Shown: positions 13,056 through 26,588, numbered from the stretch's first letter. The stretch is 64,000 bases of DNA from Podarcis tiliguerta (GCA_965153285.1 OZ229111.1), one strand, 5' to 3'. Numbers and translations: made by a program. Notes: a model not told the origin generated them from the sequence alone.

Positions 13056-15733
13056 AGAGTAGGAATAAATGGACAGTTCTCCCAGTGGAGACAGGTAGGA
13101 AGTGGAGTCCTCTGAGGGATCAGAACTGGGCCTCTTCCAGGCTTCAATATCAGTTTATTGGCCTTCCTCCACTACACCCAGTGTTCCCTATCATACTGAG
13201 CCTCTTCTGGCTTAGATGTTATGGTGGAGAAGTGCTGTATGTCATCAGCATGAAAAATATTTTTAATTAAGGCTACCCACTCTCTCCTAATCACCAAAGT
13301 ACAAAACCTAACCATTTTAACAGCACTTACTTCATATTGCACTATAAGTATGAAGGGCCATTTTTTGTAAAGAAAAAAAGAGGATGAAAATCTTAGCAAA
13401 CAGAACCCACATTTATGACATCATTATCTCCACCTCCCACTCACCACCCCACCATTCACATTTTAAAGCCACTGATCCAAATAAAAGCTGCCAAATCTTG
13501 TGGTCAGCCATATATATTACCTTGGTTTCCTTTGGCCACAAGTAAATGAGTGTCCTGTCCATTTTCACTGGCACTAGATTCAGCCTTCTGTGTCCTTTTG
13601 TCTGCTCTGCTTGTTTGAAGCATCTGGTAAACATAAACCTCTCCACCCGACCATTCATGCCTAAATCCGAAATTACCTTCTTATTCATTCTGGTCCCGGT
13701 TGAACCACATGGTGTAGAAACCCATTTCCCCCTCATGTGCTGAAATGGCTTTGGCCTACAAGGTATCATTCCTTTCCAACTCACAGCAAATGGCTTAAGT
13801 GCTGTATTTGCCACCAGAAGGTCTGCCCATTCTCTGCCTGGATGTTGCTCAACCCAGCAATTGCTCAAAGTCAGAGTTAGATTAATTATTATACAAAATA
13901 TGGTGTAGAAGGACAGGAAAACTAGGATCTTTGGGTTATATCAATATAATGGCTTCAGTGTGGGAAGAGAAGTCGGAGTCATAGTAGAATGCTGTGCTCC
14001 TTGAAATTTCCATAAGAATAATGGGGGAAATGTCCTGCATGAATAGTTTTTCCATTTCATTTTCTGGATTAAAAAGTAGTGATTTTTGGAACTGGGAGGT
14101 GGAAACATTTCCTGAAAATCTCTTCCACTGGAAGAGAATTTAGCTTCCCCCACCCCAACCCAGTTTGTTGTCATTGCTTCTCCTGTCAGCTACTGCTTCT
14201 GTGCAATTTTCATTTTTATTAGTGACTACTTCTTTGCCAACACCCCTGGATCCTAGGCACTTCCGTCTTGTCCTTTTTCTTTCAGTTCCATAGGCAAGCC
14301 ACCTTTCCACCACCGTCACCCGCCTGGCAAATAACCTGGGTTTGCTGTTTCCCCCTCAAACCATCTGGTTGCCTACAATGCTTTAGAACCCTTCTTAGCA
14401 ATTCTGTTAGCTTCCAATATCAAAATGTTTGAAGGCAGCGCAAAACTCTGTTATAAGGAAAAAGTAACAGAACTGCAAAAAGATAGCAAAAAGAAGCAAG
14501 TGTAAAGCCCCTGGCCATTAAAACGTGCACACACTCACACACACACACGAACAAAACTGTCAAGTGTTAAGAGAACAGCATTAAGCATTGGTTCAATGAA
14601 TACATTGTGCTCAAATCTCATTTCTTCCTTCTCACCCTTAGTACTCCATTTACCATCACTTCCTCATGTCTGGCCATATTGTAGCCTTCCTTGAACTTCT
14701 TTAATGCCTATGCAGCATCCTTTCAGTACACCTCAAATACTAATTCTGCGGTTAAGTGTTGAGGGCAGGGAGAAATAGTCCTTTCAGATAAAATGAGAAA
14801 TTGAGTTATTTTCTTAAAGCAAGCTGGCTAACAAACTGTCATTAGAAACCTGAAGCATTTGAGTTTCAGCCTAAAGATTCCTCCAAAGAAATGTTCCAGA
14901 ATACTTGTGTGTACTTCTGCCTGTGACTGATGGGAGTTGGTAGTCAAAAACATACAAATGGCATCAAGCCAGTGAAGCCTGCTTTATATAGAAGCAGCTT
15001 TATCCCTGGAAAGAGTACACACTGCCATTTCACAATGGGAACCATTTTGGGAAGCATGTGCAGGCTTAAAATACTTTCCACATGCCCATCTTGCCATTGA
15101 TGGTCATGTGAACAGGCCTCCAAATGTAGTGCCTTTATGTCCCATTGACTTCAGCCAGAGACTTAAGTGTGTCCTCCACAACTGCTAAACAGCTGAAAAC
15201 ATGTCACTCTTCCACATATGTGGTTGAGGCTTGTGGCAGAGACTGGCATATCCCTATTGGCCTCATAGACAGTAGTGAGGCTCCACATTCAAATGTGCCA
15301 CAAGTAGAAAATGAAAACAGCTGCTCTTGGTTTTCTTGGCTGCATCCTTTCACCTTACTCCCGCAGCAGTCAATTTTTCAAACAGTTCACCGTACAGTAG
15401 ACTAGGGCGAGGCAGGATTTCTTCAATAGACATTCCTGGGGAACAACAGTAGCAGAGGGCAATTATTTTTATTTTTGAACTTGTTGGTCACTTGTTACAC
15501 AAGTGACTTACAATGTATTTCCCAGTGAATTTCAACATACTGCCCTCAACAGTTGCTTGCAGGCTTCCCTTGTCATATGGCTGGTAACTGGGAAGAGGAT
15601 GCTGAACTAGAAAGGCCTTTGTGGTCTGATCCAGAGGTTTCTTTGTATGATCCAATGGGAGCCAGAAAGCATTTCCTTCTTTTAATCCGCCAGCCTTGCA
15701 AACTTCTGCTGCTGCAGCTCCTGCTATTTTGAG

Positions 15734-16286
15734 TGTCATGGACTGGCTGGACACAAAGGAGAGATGGGAGAAACCAGCGGGAAACTCCCAAGGGAAGAAG
15801 GCTCAGAGCCCAGGGATTGGCAGTGGAACGATGATGAGTGGTCAGAGGGAGGAGCAGGAGCAGACTGGGAGGAGGAGATGTCAGAAGTTGAAGAGGTAAC
15901 AGGGTTTAGTGGCACAGAGAAGCTGAGAAGCAGAAGTGGAAGCAGGAGAAGAGGGAGGCCAAGAGGCAGAGATGAGTCAGGCTGGTGAAGAAGCCAGGGT
16001 GTCTCCTCTCCCCGCTGGTCCCCCAGGACCAGGAGAGGCATGAAGCAGGAGGAGCAAAGGCAGGAATGCCATCCAAGTCTTAGATTGTTTGGGAAGACCC
16101 AGGGGAGGAGGAGAGTTAGGCAGCTGTGGGAAGGCCTTCAGTCTCCACACCTGCCTCTCAGGTGTAAGACCTACTGAGAAGAGTTGCTGTGCTCATTAGG
16201 CCTGGCACTCCTGAGCAGATCTTGTCTTCTAATAAAGAGTTAACTTCAGTTACTCAGTGTGATTTATTACTGGCTCACTCCTGACA
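15734..16286 (+). mobile_element. Solo LTR, Gypsy-like (553 bp)
   Basis: TGTCA...TGACA termini; AATAAA at 16231; near-TSD ttgag/tcgag; purine-rich interior. Confidence 0.8.
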
Positions 16287-16541
16287 TCGAGGAGTGCTGA
16301 GAAGCAGAAAGAGTCAGCTAATAGTCAAAGTTGAAATGGGACCATTGGAGGCTATGATGCTGATGTCTCTCCCTAAAATCAGTAGGATTAAAAAGTGCTT
16401 ACCCGCAACGTGCTTATGCCCCAAATATTTCTGACTGCAGTCGAGTTTCAACACATCCCTTTTGTGTTGATGTTCTTTTCAAGCACCATCCTTGTATATT
16501 TAAATTGACAGGCAAGCCCTCCCCCCCGTGGATTCTGCATA

Positions 16542-16771
16542 CAGTGATACCTCAGGTTACATACGCTTCAGGTTACAGACTCCACTAACCCAGAAATAGT
16601 GCTTCAGGTTAAGAGAACAGGATGCTTCAGGATGAGAACAGAAATCGGGCTCCAGCAGCACAGCAGCAGCAGGAGGCCCCATTAGCTAAAGTAGTGCTTC
16701 AGGTTAAGAACAGTTTCAGGTTAAGAACGGACCTCTGGAACGAATTAAGTACTTAACCCAAGGTACCACTG
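16542..16771. mobile_element. Tc1/mariner (Tigger/pogo-like) MITE
   Basis: TA|cagtgatacctcaggtta...taacccaaggtaccactg|TA; inverted paralogue at 30995. Confidence 0.88.
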
Positions 16772-19700
16772 TAGTTGGAAACAAACCAGAAAAACAGCCT
16801 TGATTGTAACTGGAACTCTCATTCACTACTTGCCTTAAAACTATCTACAATAACATCATGGTGGATATTTTGGACTTTCTGAAATTGCCCAATTGCTTCT
16901 TGCACTCTCTCTGTTATTTTTGCCTGTTTCACTCTGTAGTTGTTTTTATTACATTTGGAGCCGGAGTTGAAAAGGCACCTGCCTTTTGAGTGCCAGGCTG
17001 TGATTTATTTTCTGTTGCTTGGTTTCAGGCCCCAGCAGATAAGTGTCCCACTGTGTCATGTACTCCAGATTAACATGACACAACACAGCTCTGCATGATC
17101 TACAACAAGCAAATAAGACAATGCAGAGCTGCTTATTCTAAACAATGCCTCCTAATGGACACACAATCAATATAAAACCAGGGTGGTTTTTTGTTTTCAA
17201 ATTGGATGATTTGTTACTCACAGACTTATGCAGCTGGGTGGCTTGTAATTCTAAAAAAGAAAATCATTGCAGCTTTGTGACAACTGCAGTGTTCGTGCTG
17301 CTAGCAAATGTCACCCATTCCAACTCTTTTTGCTTTGGAAAGGAAGAGCTTGAGTAAAAGAAACATAACAAGCATATCCAAGTAATCTGCACCTAACTCA
17401 TTCTATCCTACTAGCTGCTGAGTTCTTTTTCAAGGGGGGAATAGTCCCTGTGGAATGTGCTTCTCTTATGAACAAGAGTCAGGTGTCCTGCTGTATAACT
17501 GCTGAAGTTTGAATACACCTGTAAATCAGCCAGAATGGAGAACTGCAAAGTAGAACAAAGTGCTGGATGAAGATTTTGGAGAATGGGACATTGAGGCAAG
17601 CTGAATGGGTTTATCTTCTCTTCACCCGTGCACATTAGCTTTCATTACCCTCTGTCCACCCAGCCATCCAGAGGGGAAGCCCAAAGCATATTCTGGTCAT
17701 GGCTTATATGGCAGGAGACCGCAGACAGCAAGGGGCAGGAAGGTAGCCAGGTGGTTACAGGGATGCCCAGTCATCCCTGGAGTGGGTGCCTCAGCAGGTG
17801 TCCCACAGGGCTTAATCCTGACACCAGCCCTGTCAGAACACAGATACAAGAGGATTAAATGGCACAAATTAAGTACTTTACATCTCTTCTTGAGGCTTTG
17901 TCCAAAGGTAGAAATGAGTGAAGCATTTGTAAGAGAAGGAAATGGCTTTGGCACATAAAATTATCTCCTCTCAGATATTGCTCACCTTGGAGTGAGGTTT
18001 GCTGGGGGGAGAGAGAAGACGAAGCCACCAGGAACCGTGTGTCTGATTATTCAGGAGCTGCTAGAGCCAATTATAAGGGCCAGCATTTTGCCAGTGTTAA
18101 TTCTCAACTCTGGCTTGCATGTGTGCTTATTTATTGCAGCAGAGAAATTGCACTCTTGCTTAGTAAGTGAAATGTATGTCTATTGTCTCCTTGGAAGATT
18201 TGAGATTCCAAGAGAGAGTTAAAATGTAGCTAAGATGCCTTGTTGCTGCTTTTGTTGTCATGCAATGCAAAAATCCTCTGCTCCGTAAACAGCGCTGTTG
18301 TTTCCTTTTTTGGATAAGAACTAGAGCTGCAATACAGAAATTGCTGACAGAGGCAGAAGCAAAACTCTTCTGATCTTCCAGTGACACCTACAGTTAAGAG
18401 AGCTATAGTCTCTTTTGAAGAGCTGGAACCTTATAGATCAGTTTGGTTCTGGGACACATAACGAAGGGAGCTTTTTAGGAATCTTACAGTTTAAGCTTGG
18501 AGTGTTAACTCTGCTTAACTGGCAGGAAGCCCCATTGAATCCAATGGTACTTACTTCTGAGTAGTAATGGCAAAAATTGCACCCTGGTAGGACTACTGAG
18601 TACAACAGTATACAATGCAATACTTAGAAGTATGTTCATAAGATTTTAAATGTTCCTACAAAGCTGCACATGGCTCCGATGCTGCAAAGTTTTAAGTGAG
18701 TGTTAAAAACTCCCCTTTTGGATTGCTTTTAATAATTAAGTCATGTCTAGGGACTGCTCCCCTGATGTCCTGAGTCTTGATACTGCTGTCACATGTATTC
18801 ATATTTGTTTTAACTGTTGTATATAGCTTTAAAATCTTTTAAATGGACTGTTATGTGGCTGCTATTGGTGTGCTTAGTTTTATGGACGTTAACATATTTA
18901 ATTTTGTCAGCCACCTTGTGTGGGCTATGCCCCTAAAGGCAGCATATAAACACTTTTATAAATAATAAATAAAATAAAATTTCCTGGAAGACATAAATAG
19001 AAAAAAATCAAAAAAATCAGTAATTAAGGATTCTGATTCCCCTCCTCCAGCTTAATTATATACCATAAATGCAAGGAATTCCACTGTATTTTACCCACAC
19101 ACACAAATTGTTGACTTTCGGATCTTTTAGGTTATTTTGTGCTTTTATGGAACGCAACAGCTTGTCTAACCAAGCCTCTCATTGTTTACATCGTAATTTA
19201 TTTGGGATGAAAGATAAGTAAATCAAGAGTCCTTTATTTTGCCAGGAGTTAACTCTCCGTTCAGTTTACCTCTTGAAACCTTGCTTCTCAATAAATCAGG
19301 GATGGAGATGAGCTAAACAGTTGTTTTCCCAAGGTAAGCAATTGTGTAAACAGGCAGAATATCTAATCATCACCATGAGCAGGTGGGATCCAATTTTGCC
19401 AGCTGCAAAGCCTGTTTAGTTTACAATTTGATAGATTATAGCTACAGCTGGCTGTGTGACCCCTCTTGCCAGGATTGCTTTAGAAGGAAGAGGAATAGAG
19501 GAACCATTCCTTCTTTGGTTATATCCTTGGTTTAAAGCAGTTTAAGGTAGCTGGGAGCTAAGAAGAGGGCTTTCATAAAAGGCCTTTGTAAAAGAGGGGA
19601 TTAAGATTAGTTATTTTAATTTATGCATTCAAATACATTTGAATGGGGAGCTTGCTATACACTAGTCCACATAAAGATATTAAAACAGAACAGTGCAGTC

Positions 19701-20823
19701 AGAAGTGTTTTCTGATATACTCAGCATTTATTTATTTGTAAACGAATTTATATGCCACCTTTCATTTTGAGGAGATATTTACACTGCAAGTTTATTTCTG
19801 AAGATTATTTCACAGATCTTCTGAAGCAACAGAGAATGTCTAAGGGCTTATCCACACGCACCTTTCCTCTGCTCTTTCCAGGTATGGACTATACTTTAAA
19901 GCTGAGGTCCGAGAGCCCTTTTTGCTCCAGAGCTTTCCCTATGAAAATCCACTCTCAAAGCTCAATCAGAGCAAATGGCAATCCTCAGAAATCCCTAACT
20001 GATGTTTGCTTAGTGTGCACACTAAAGAGTGACTTTTTGCCGGGAAAGCTCAAGGCAAAAATTATATTTGATATTAGTAGCCGATTTTAAAAAATGGAAG
20101 ATAGCCAGAATGATGCTGGGTTCCATAAAAGGAGATGCCATAATTAAATAGCTCATTCTTACTGATACTTTTGACAAATGCAGATGTCTTATGTGTGATT
20201 GGCATTTGGCTTCATAACACCCAGGCACACTTGGCTACCCTTATTTGACTTCTCTATTGCACTTTTCATTTGCTGCTACGGTAAGGTCGTTAAATATATC
20301 TTTCACTTTTTCAAGTCCTTGAAAACAGATTGGTAAGCTTTCTCCTTGGGGGTGATTTGTAAATTGCTTTGCAGAAGGCTTAAGCTCATGATGAATACGA
20401 CTAGAAAAAGTTTCATCAGAGTTGCACTCTGGTGTCATTTTTCATCAGGTTGTTTCAGCCACTCACAGAAATGCAATATGTCAAACTTTATCTCTGCCTG
20501 GCTTTTACAAAACATTAATGAATTTAAAAAAATTGATGCCTTTGTAGACATTGTGCATTTGTTGAGTTCAGCTGGACGAGGTGTTCAAAACTCATCTCAA
20601 AGAAGTAAAAACAAACAAACCTTCCAGTTGCAAAATATAGAGCTTGCTGCAATGAAGTTGGAATACTTCATTCATGGAATCCGTAGAATTGGAAGGGACC
20701 CCGTGAATCCAGATGTAAAGTTGCTATGTATATTACAAGTTAGAGGCTGATACTAGTAAAAATGAAGTTTCTTATAACATAAAATTTCAAAAAGATTGTG
20801 GCTACATATTACCAAAATATGAT

Positions 20824-21408
20824 ATGGGCTGCATCAATAGGAGTATAGCATCTAGATCAAGGGAAGTAATAGTGCCACTGTATTCTGCTCTGGTCAGACC
20901 TCACCTGGAGTACTGTGTCCAGTTCTGGGCACCACAGTTCAAGAAGGACACTGACAAACTGGAACGTGTCCAGAGGAGGGCAACCAAAATGGTCAAAGGC
21001 CTGGAAACGATGCCTTATGAGGTACGGCTAAGGGAGCTGGGCATGTTTAGCCTGGAGAAGAGGAGGTTAAGGGGTGATATGATAGCCATGTTCAAATATA
21101 TAAAAGGATGTCACATAGGGGAGGGAGAAAGGTTGTTTTCTGCTGCTCCAGAGAAGCGGACACGGAGCAATGGATCCAAACTACAAGAAAGAAGATTCCA
21201 CCTAAACATTAGGAAGAACTTCCTGACAGTAAGAGCTGTTCGACAGTGGAATTTGCTGCCAAGGAGTGTGGTGGAGTCTTCTTCTTTGGAGGTCTTTAAG
21301 CAGAGACTTGACAACCATATGTCAGGAGTGCTCTGATGGTGTTTCCTGCTTGGCAGGGGGTTGGACTCGATGGCCCTTGTGGTCTCTTCCAACTCTATGA
21401 TTCTATGA
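20824..21408 (+). mobile_element. CR1 LINE 3' end, 5'-truncated, with an open ORF2 C-terminus
   Basis: 170-aa [39 protein letters not shown]...; (ATTCTATG)n terminus. Confidence 0.95.
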
Positions 21409-23355
21409 AATTCAGGAAATCAACAGTCCAGGACAAACCAAGGAATGGATGGTTGCATTTAATGAGTATGTATGAATAATTTGTGTCCTATTTAAGTAGC
21501 CCTTGTAAAGATGAAGGGTTGCAGCCAGTTGTGTTTTTCTGTTCATATAATAGTCATTAATCTAGTGGAGGCTCTCTAATGGATGTAGAGTGGAGGTGAG
21601 TTTTCCTCACCTCGGCTTCCTCCTGCAGCTCACACAGATTTTCTGGATGGAGCTGTGAAGAGGGCTACAGCAGAGGGGGAAGTGTAAAAATCTTCTCCCC
21701 CTTACTTAAATTACGGACACACCCACTGGATCAGAAACCCTTCCATTACAGTACAGTCATAGTGTTTTTCTTGTCATCTATCTCATTTATAGTATTTGAC
21801 ATTTTGGAGAAGACCAAGTGTATCGGCCATCTAGGGACACAACATGGCTCTCAAAATGACTGTGGTTAAAGGATAATGATAATGTGGATGGACTCAGTCT
21901 GTAATGTAATGCACATAGCACAGTTTCCCCTTTGTTGAGTATTTGTAGCATGTCGATGTTGCAGTTTTGTTGGTATTGATTAAGAAAAGAGTTGAAAGGG
22001 GTAGGGAAAGGAGTGGATTTCTGTAATGACAAAGGAATTACACCTGGAATCCATGTACTGAGTGGTGAATTCTGGACCTCTTCTCTACTAGATGTCTAAC
22101 CGAAGCCATTTCTGTTTCCTAAAATCATTAGAGAAACTTATTCCTCTGTTCATATTTGTTAACAGGGTCTCATTAAATCACGTCAAGTGGATAAATGCTG
22201 CTTCCTTGTGCTGAAAAAGAAACTGAGGAGCATTGCAATTAACTTACTTGCCTAAAGCAATACAGCAAATCATTGAGAGGCTGCTGTGAGTCGCCTGGAA
22301 TTCATCCGAAAACCTGCCCTTAAAGTTCCCTCAGCTTGAATGAGACCCATATAGATGAGAGAGGCCCTGATAAGAAAGAGCTGGTTGCCTCCCGAATCTC
22401 ATCTTTCTTTGGTGTACTTTTCCTTTGTAAATACAGTGAAACTCATCCAATTGTCTGTAATCGGTTTTTAAGTCCTCCGTAGAACTTACAATTGCCTCAT
22501 CCAAGGTTTTAAAAGTCCTAATTTTATCTGAAACCCTGCATGGTATTTCGTTAGAAAGGGATGTCAGGGAAACAAATGTTCAGAAATGGCATGATTCTAG
22601 CAATCTAAAGAGAGCCCTACTGAGAACTTCTTATATACACCAGAGGCCAATCTAGCTCAGCATTCTGCTTTCACCGTGGCTCCGTGGGAGAGCATGCAGA
22701 AGGTTCCAAGGTCAATCCCCAGCATCTCCTGGCATGGCTGGGAGAGACCTCTCTCTGAAATGCTGGAGAGCCACTGTCAATCAGTGTAGACACTACCGAC
22801 AAACCACAGGTCTGCCTTGGTATAAGATAGCATGCTATATTGCTAGCTAATATTCAGTGGCATATTGCTTCTGATACTGGAGGTAATATGTAGCCATCTC
22901 TATTGCAGACTTCCAGCAAACCTAGAAGGGGTTGCTGAGCACAACAGAATGTAAGAGATCAAGTAAATATGTAGTAGGGTGGCCCAAGGACTCTTGATAC
23001 GTTTCATCAAATACTTCCTTTCTTTCCATAGGTGAGAACAATATGTTAGAAGAAACTTGGGCATACTGGTGAAATAGCAGCTCTGTGTCATGTACCCACT
23101 TTGGAAAGGTGTGGTACAAGTCACTTTGAGTCCTTCTGTCATTATATGGTGTATTTCTACCCAGTCTGCATCACTGCCTATTGATGGGCAGATGGAGAGA
23201 TGCTCAGCCTAATGACATGACCAGGCCACGTCGTTCATTCCACTATACACTGTGCAGGGAGATTTTGGCATGAAGTTTCTATTTGGAGATATAGCTCCCA
23301 TTTTTCCACTTTGAAAACATGATACAAGTTTTTTAGACCATATAGTTCCACCCTT

Positions 23356-23686
23356 TGTTGTTGTTGTTGTTTAGTCGTGTCCGACACTTTGTGACCCCAT
23401 GAACCAGAGCACGCCAGGCACTTCTGTCCTCCACTGCCTCCTGCAGTTTGGTCAAACTCATGCTGTAGCTTCGAGAACATTATCCAACCATCTCGTCTTC
23501 TGTCGTCCCCTTCTCCTTGTGCCCTCCATCTTTCCCAACATCAGGGTCTTTTCCAGGGAGTCTTCTCTTCTTATGAGGTGGCCAAAGTATTGGAGCCTCA
23601 GCTTCAGGATCTGTCCTTCCAGTGAGCACTCAGGGCTGATTTCCTTAGGAATGGAGAGGTTTGATCTTCTTGCAGTCCATGGGACT
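23356..23686 (-). mobile_element. BovB LINE 3' end
   Basis: (CAA)n tail on the - strand; matches 62280-62616; possible TSD ccctt. Confidence 0.9.
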
Positions 23687-24229
23687 CCCTTATACTTGCA
23701 TTATTCATGTTTATAACATATCATTGGCTTCCTGGGTTGTGTGTCTACTGGCTAGGTATAAATAGTATCTATTAATAAAATAATTTCCTGGGATTCTTAT
23801 TGGAGAAACCATGGCATTGTATTCTGTTTAGACTCTAAGACTAGACACTCCTTACAATAATTCACTATTTATATGAGCAGAATATTCAGTTTTTGCTACA
23901 TGGTACCATATGCTTCTGGGTTGTAAAGGTTTAATATAATATTTAAACATGTAACAAAGTGTGTGAGAGCAGTTTCAAAAAGATAGGGCCCATACTTTAT
24001 CATCATGCAGATTAAGGTTGCACAAATCTGCCATTTAAAAAACGTTTACTGTTTTGTCACCAGCAACACACTGTAAATTCTATAAAGACTGAAAGAAAAT
24101 ACACATTTATTGGTTATATTTTATTCTTACCTTGTTTAATTCAGTTTAACCACAATTGTACTTCACACACCACACAACATAGAGGTCTTGCTACCAAAAC
24201 ACAATGCATTCTCAGGAAATGGGCACGTG

Positions 24230-24517
24230 AAAATGGAGAGATGCTATTGGGCGACAGGGAAAAGGCAGAGCAGCTCAACACCTACTTAGCTTCAGGGGAG
24301 GGTGACCAAGATGATCAAGGGTCTGGAAACCAAGCCTTAGGAGGAACGGTTGAGAGAGTTGGGTATGTTTGGCCTGGATAAGAGAAGACTGAGAGGAGAC
24401 ATGATAGCCATCTTCAAATATCTAAACAGCTGTAACATGGAAGATGGAGCAAGCTTGTTTTCTCCTGCTCCAGAGGATAGGACCCGAACCGGAGGATAGG
24501 ACCCGGGGTATAAATAA

Positions 24518-24566
<49 letters not shown>

Positions 24567-24650
24567 GGAGGTTGCTTGGATGGCCATCTGTCACGGATGC
24601 TTTAGTTGAGATTTCTGCATTGCAGGGGTTGGATTACGTGACCATTGGTC
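24230..24650 (+). mobile_element. Older, internally deleted CR1 fragment containing a (TTA)n tract
   Basis: Remnant KMIKGLE...[28 protein letters not shown]; CR1 3' UTR at 24570-24650. Confidence 0.75.
24519..24567. repeat. (TTA)n microsatellite
   Basis: Direct reading. Confidence 0.95.
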
Positions 24651-25197
24651 CATGCTTAGCTTTCCACTGAAAACATAAAAGTGCTTAATCTGGCTAGATA
24701 TACCTTTACTCTGTATGGTTCTGAAGCATGTTTTTTATTTGTATATGGCTATGAGCATAACTGCCTTTCTGGATTTTCCTGGTTGCTGATTTTATAAGTT
24801 GACATGTTTGGTTTTATTTCTTAAAACAAACAAACAAGAGAAATACACTAAAATCAAAATTATCACCTGTATTTAAACTAGCGATTTTAAGAAAGAACAC
24901 AGTAAGCTTCATCCAACTAAGCTATAGTCAGAATAGACACATTGAAATTAATGGACCTAAGTTAGCCATATTCATGAACTTCAGTAAAGACTAATGTTGC
25001 ATACAACTCAATTTTGTCAATCCATCATTATTTTAATTTGGGGTACACTTAAATTCATACAGCAATAAATACACTCAAACTGTAACTTTCAATAGTAATG
25101 ACAACTTGTCTCTGCACTGACCAAACTACTAGCTCAGTTTACTCTCCACTTGTCAGTGTGGAACAGTACAGTGACCTGATACTACTATACCAGTGTG

Positions 25198-25428
25198 GGT
25201 AGATAAATAGGTACCGCTGTGGTCAGAAGATAAATGGCGTTTCCGTGCACTCTGGCACTCATCACAGTGTCCCGTTGCGCCAGAAGTGGTTTAGTCCTGC
25301 TGGCTACATGACCCAGAAAGCTGTCTGTGGACAAACACTGGCTCCCTCAGCCTGAAGCGAGATGAGCGCTGCATCCCATAGTCGCCTTTGACTGGACTCA
25401 ACTGTCCAGGGGTCATTTACCTTTTACT
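25198..25428 (+). mobile_element. Sauria SINE 3' half, diverged subfamily
   Basis: gtagataaataggtaccgc...ggggtcatttacctttt. Confidence 0.8.
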
Positions 25429-25573
25429 ACTGGTCATACCGTTGGTATAAACCTCATTGAACCTTCTCTAGTTAAGGACCACTTAAGAGCTGTACTCTCT
25501 CTGTGTGTGTTGTTGTTACTGTTGTTTTTAAATCAGGTGAGTTACTTTCTTTGGTGTCCTTTATTACCTGCAG

Positions 25574-25749
25574 ATCCAACACGATTTATGGTGGCACCTA
25601 ACAGCATGGATGTCACTGCTGGCGAAAGTATTCTTCTGCCTTGCCAGGTATCTCATGATCACCCGCTAGATATTCTGTTTACTTGGTCATTTAATGGACA
25701 CCTGATAGACTTTGAAAAAGATGGGGATCACTTTGAAAGAGTTGGAGGG
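25574..25749 (+). CDS. CNTN4: Contactin-4 coding exon (Ig6 N-terminal half: DPTRFMVAPNSMDVTAGESILLPCQVSHDHPLDILFTWSFNGHLIDFEKDGDHFERVGG)
   Basis: Acceptor ttattacctgcag|AT, donor GGG|gtaagt; 176 bp. Translation closely matches recalled vertebrate CNTN4 Ig6. Confidence 0.96.
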
Positions 25750-26453
25750 GTAAGTATCACTATTAGTAATCCACCAAAGCAATTCTTTATGAGTGCTGAG
25801 AATTTCAGCAATGAGCAAGATACGTTTATGGGCAGACCTACAACTCTAGCTGTGTTTATATCTTTAGAGCAGATTTCCTCCCCTCAAAGGATTCTGGGCA
25901 CTGCATTTTACCCCTCACAGATTTACAGTTCCGAGCAACCTTTAACAAACTACATTCCCCAGAATTCCTTGAGTGTGGGAAATGTGCTTTGAACGTGTTT
26001 TAAAGGTATAGTATGCATGCAGCCTCTGCCAGCTTCCAACACTGGGTGTGCACACACCTACACACTCAAACTGTAATAGTATGCAACATAATAACTCCAG
26101 CAATGAAATGCTTCATTTCTGTACTGTCTACAGTGTCAGTACAGTTCACTCTCCCTTGAGCTGACAGTGCAATCGGAACAGAAGTACTTTGCTGCCGGTG
26201 TAAACCAGTACTGTTTAAGAATAGCAGTGTGAAATTTGTGCACTGAATAGATATACCTGCTGTGAAAACAAACCCATGTTTAACTGACCACTCCTAATAA
26301 GGGACATGGGAAGAGTGGGACACTGAATCCTCTGCTGGACCCAAAACCCTGCCAGCTTCTGCCACCAGTGAGATGAGAGGAGTGCCTTATCACCATTTTT
26401 CTTTTGCTCCATCAGTTCCAAGCTGGTGTAGCTCAGTGGCCAACAGGTTAGAC

Positions 26454-26588
26454 CAGGGTTTTCCAAACTTGGGTCTCCAGCTGTTTTTGGACTACAACTC
26501 CCATCATCCCTAGCTAGCAGGACCAGTGTCCAGGGATGATAGGAATTATAGTCCAAAAACAGCTGGAGACCCAATTTGGAAAACCTTG
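26454..26588. mobile_element. Palindromic hAT MITE (135 bp)
   Basis: Near-perfect self-complementarity; 8-bp TSD ggttagac at 26446-26453 and 26589-26596. Confidence 0.92.

Larger units (their letters stand above)
1..25573 (+). other. CNTN4: Long CNTN4 intron upstream of the Ig6 exon; starts before the window
   Basis: I could not find the preceding Ig5 exon (...YTCxATNxFG...) in 1-25573; region is TE-rich with no credible ORFs. Confidence 0.75.

Noticed and set aside
15036-15056. aaccattttggg (NHFG) as the missing Ig5 exon
   Set aside because: No upstream YTCxAT context and no suitable splice sites
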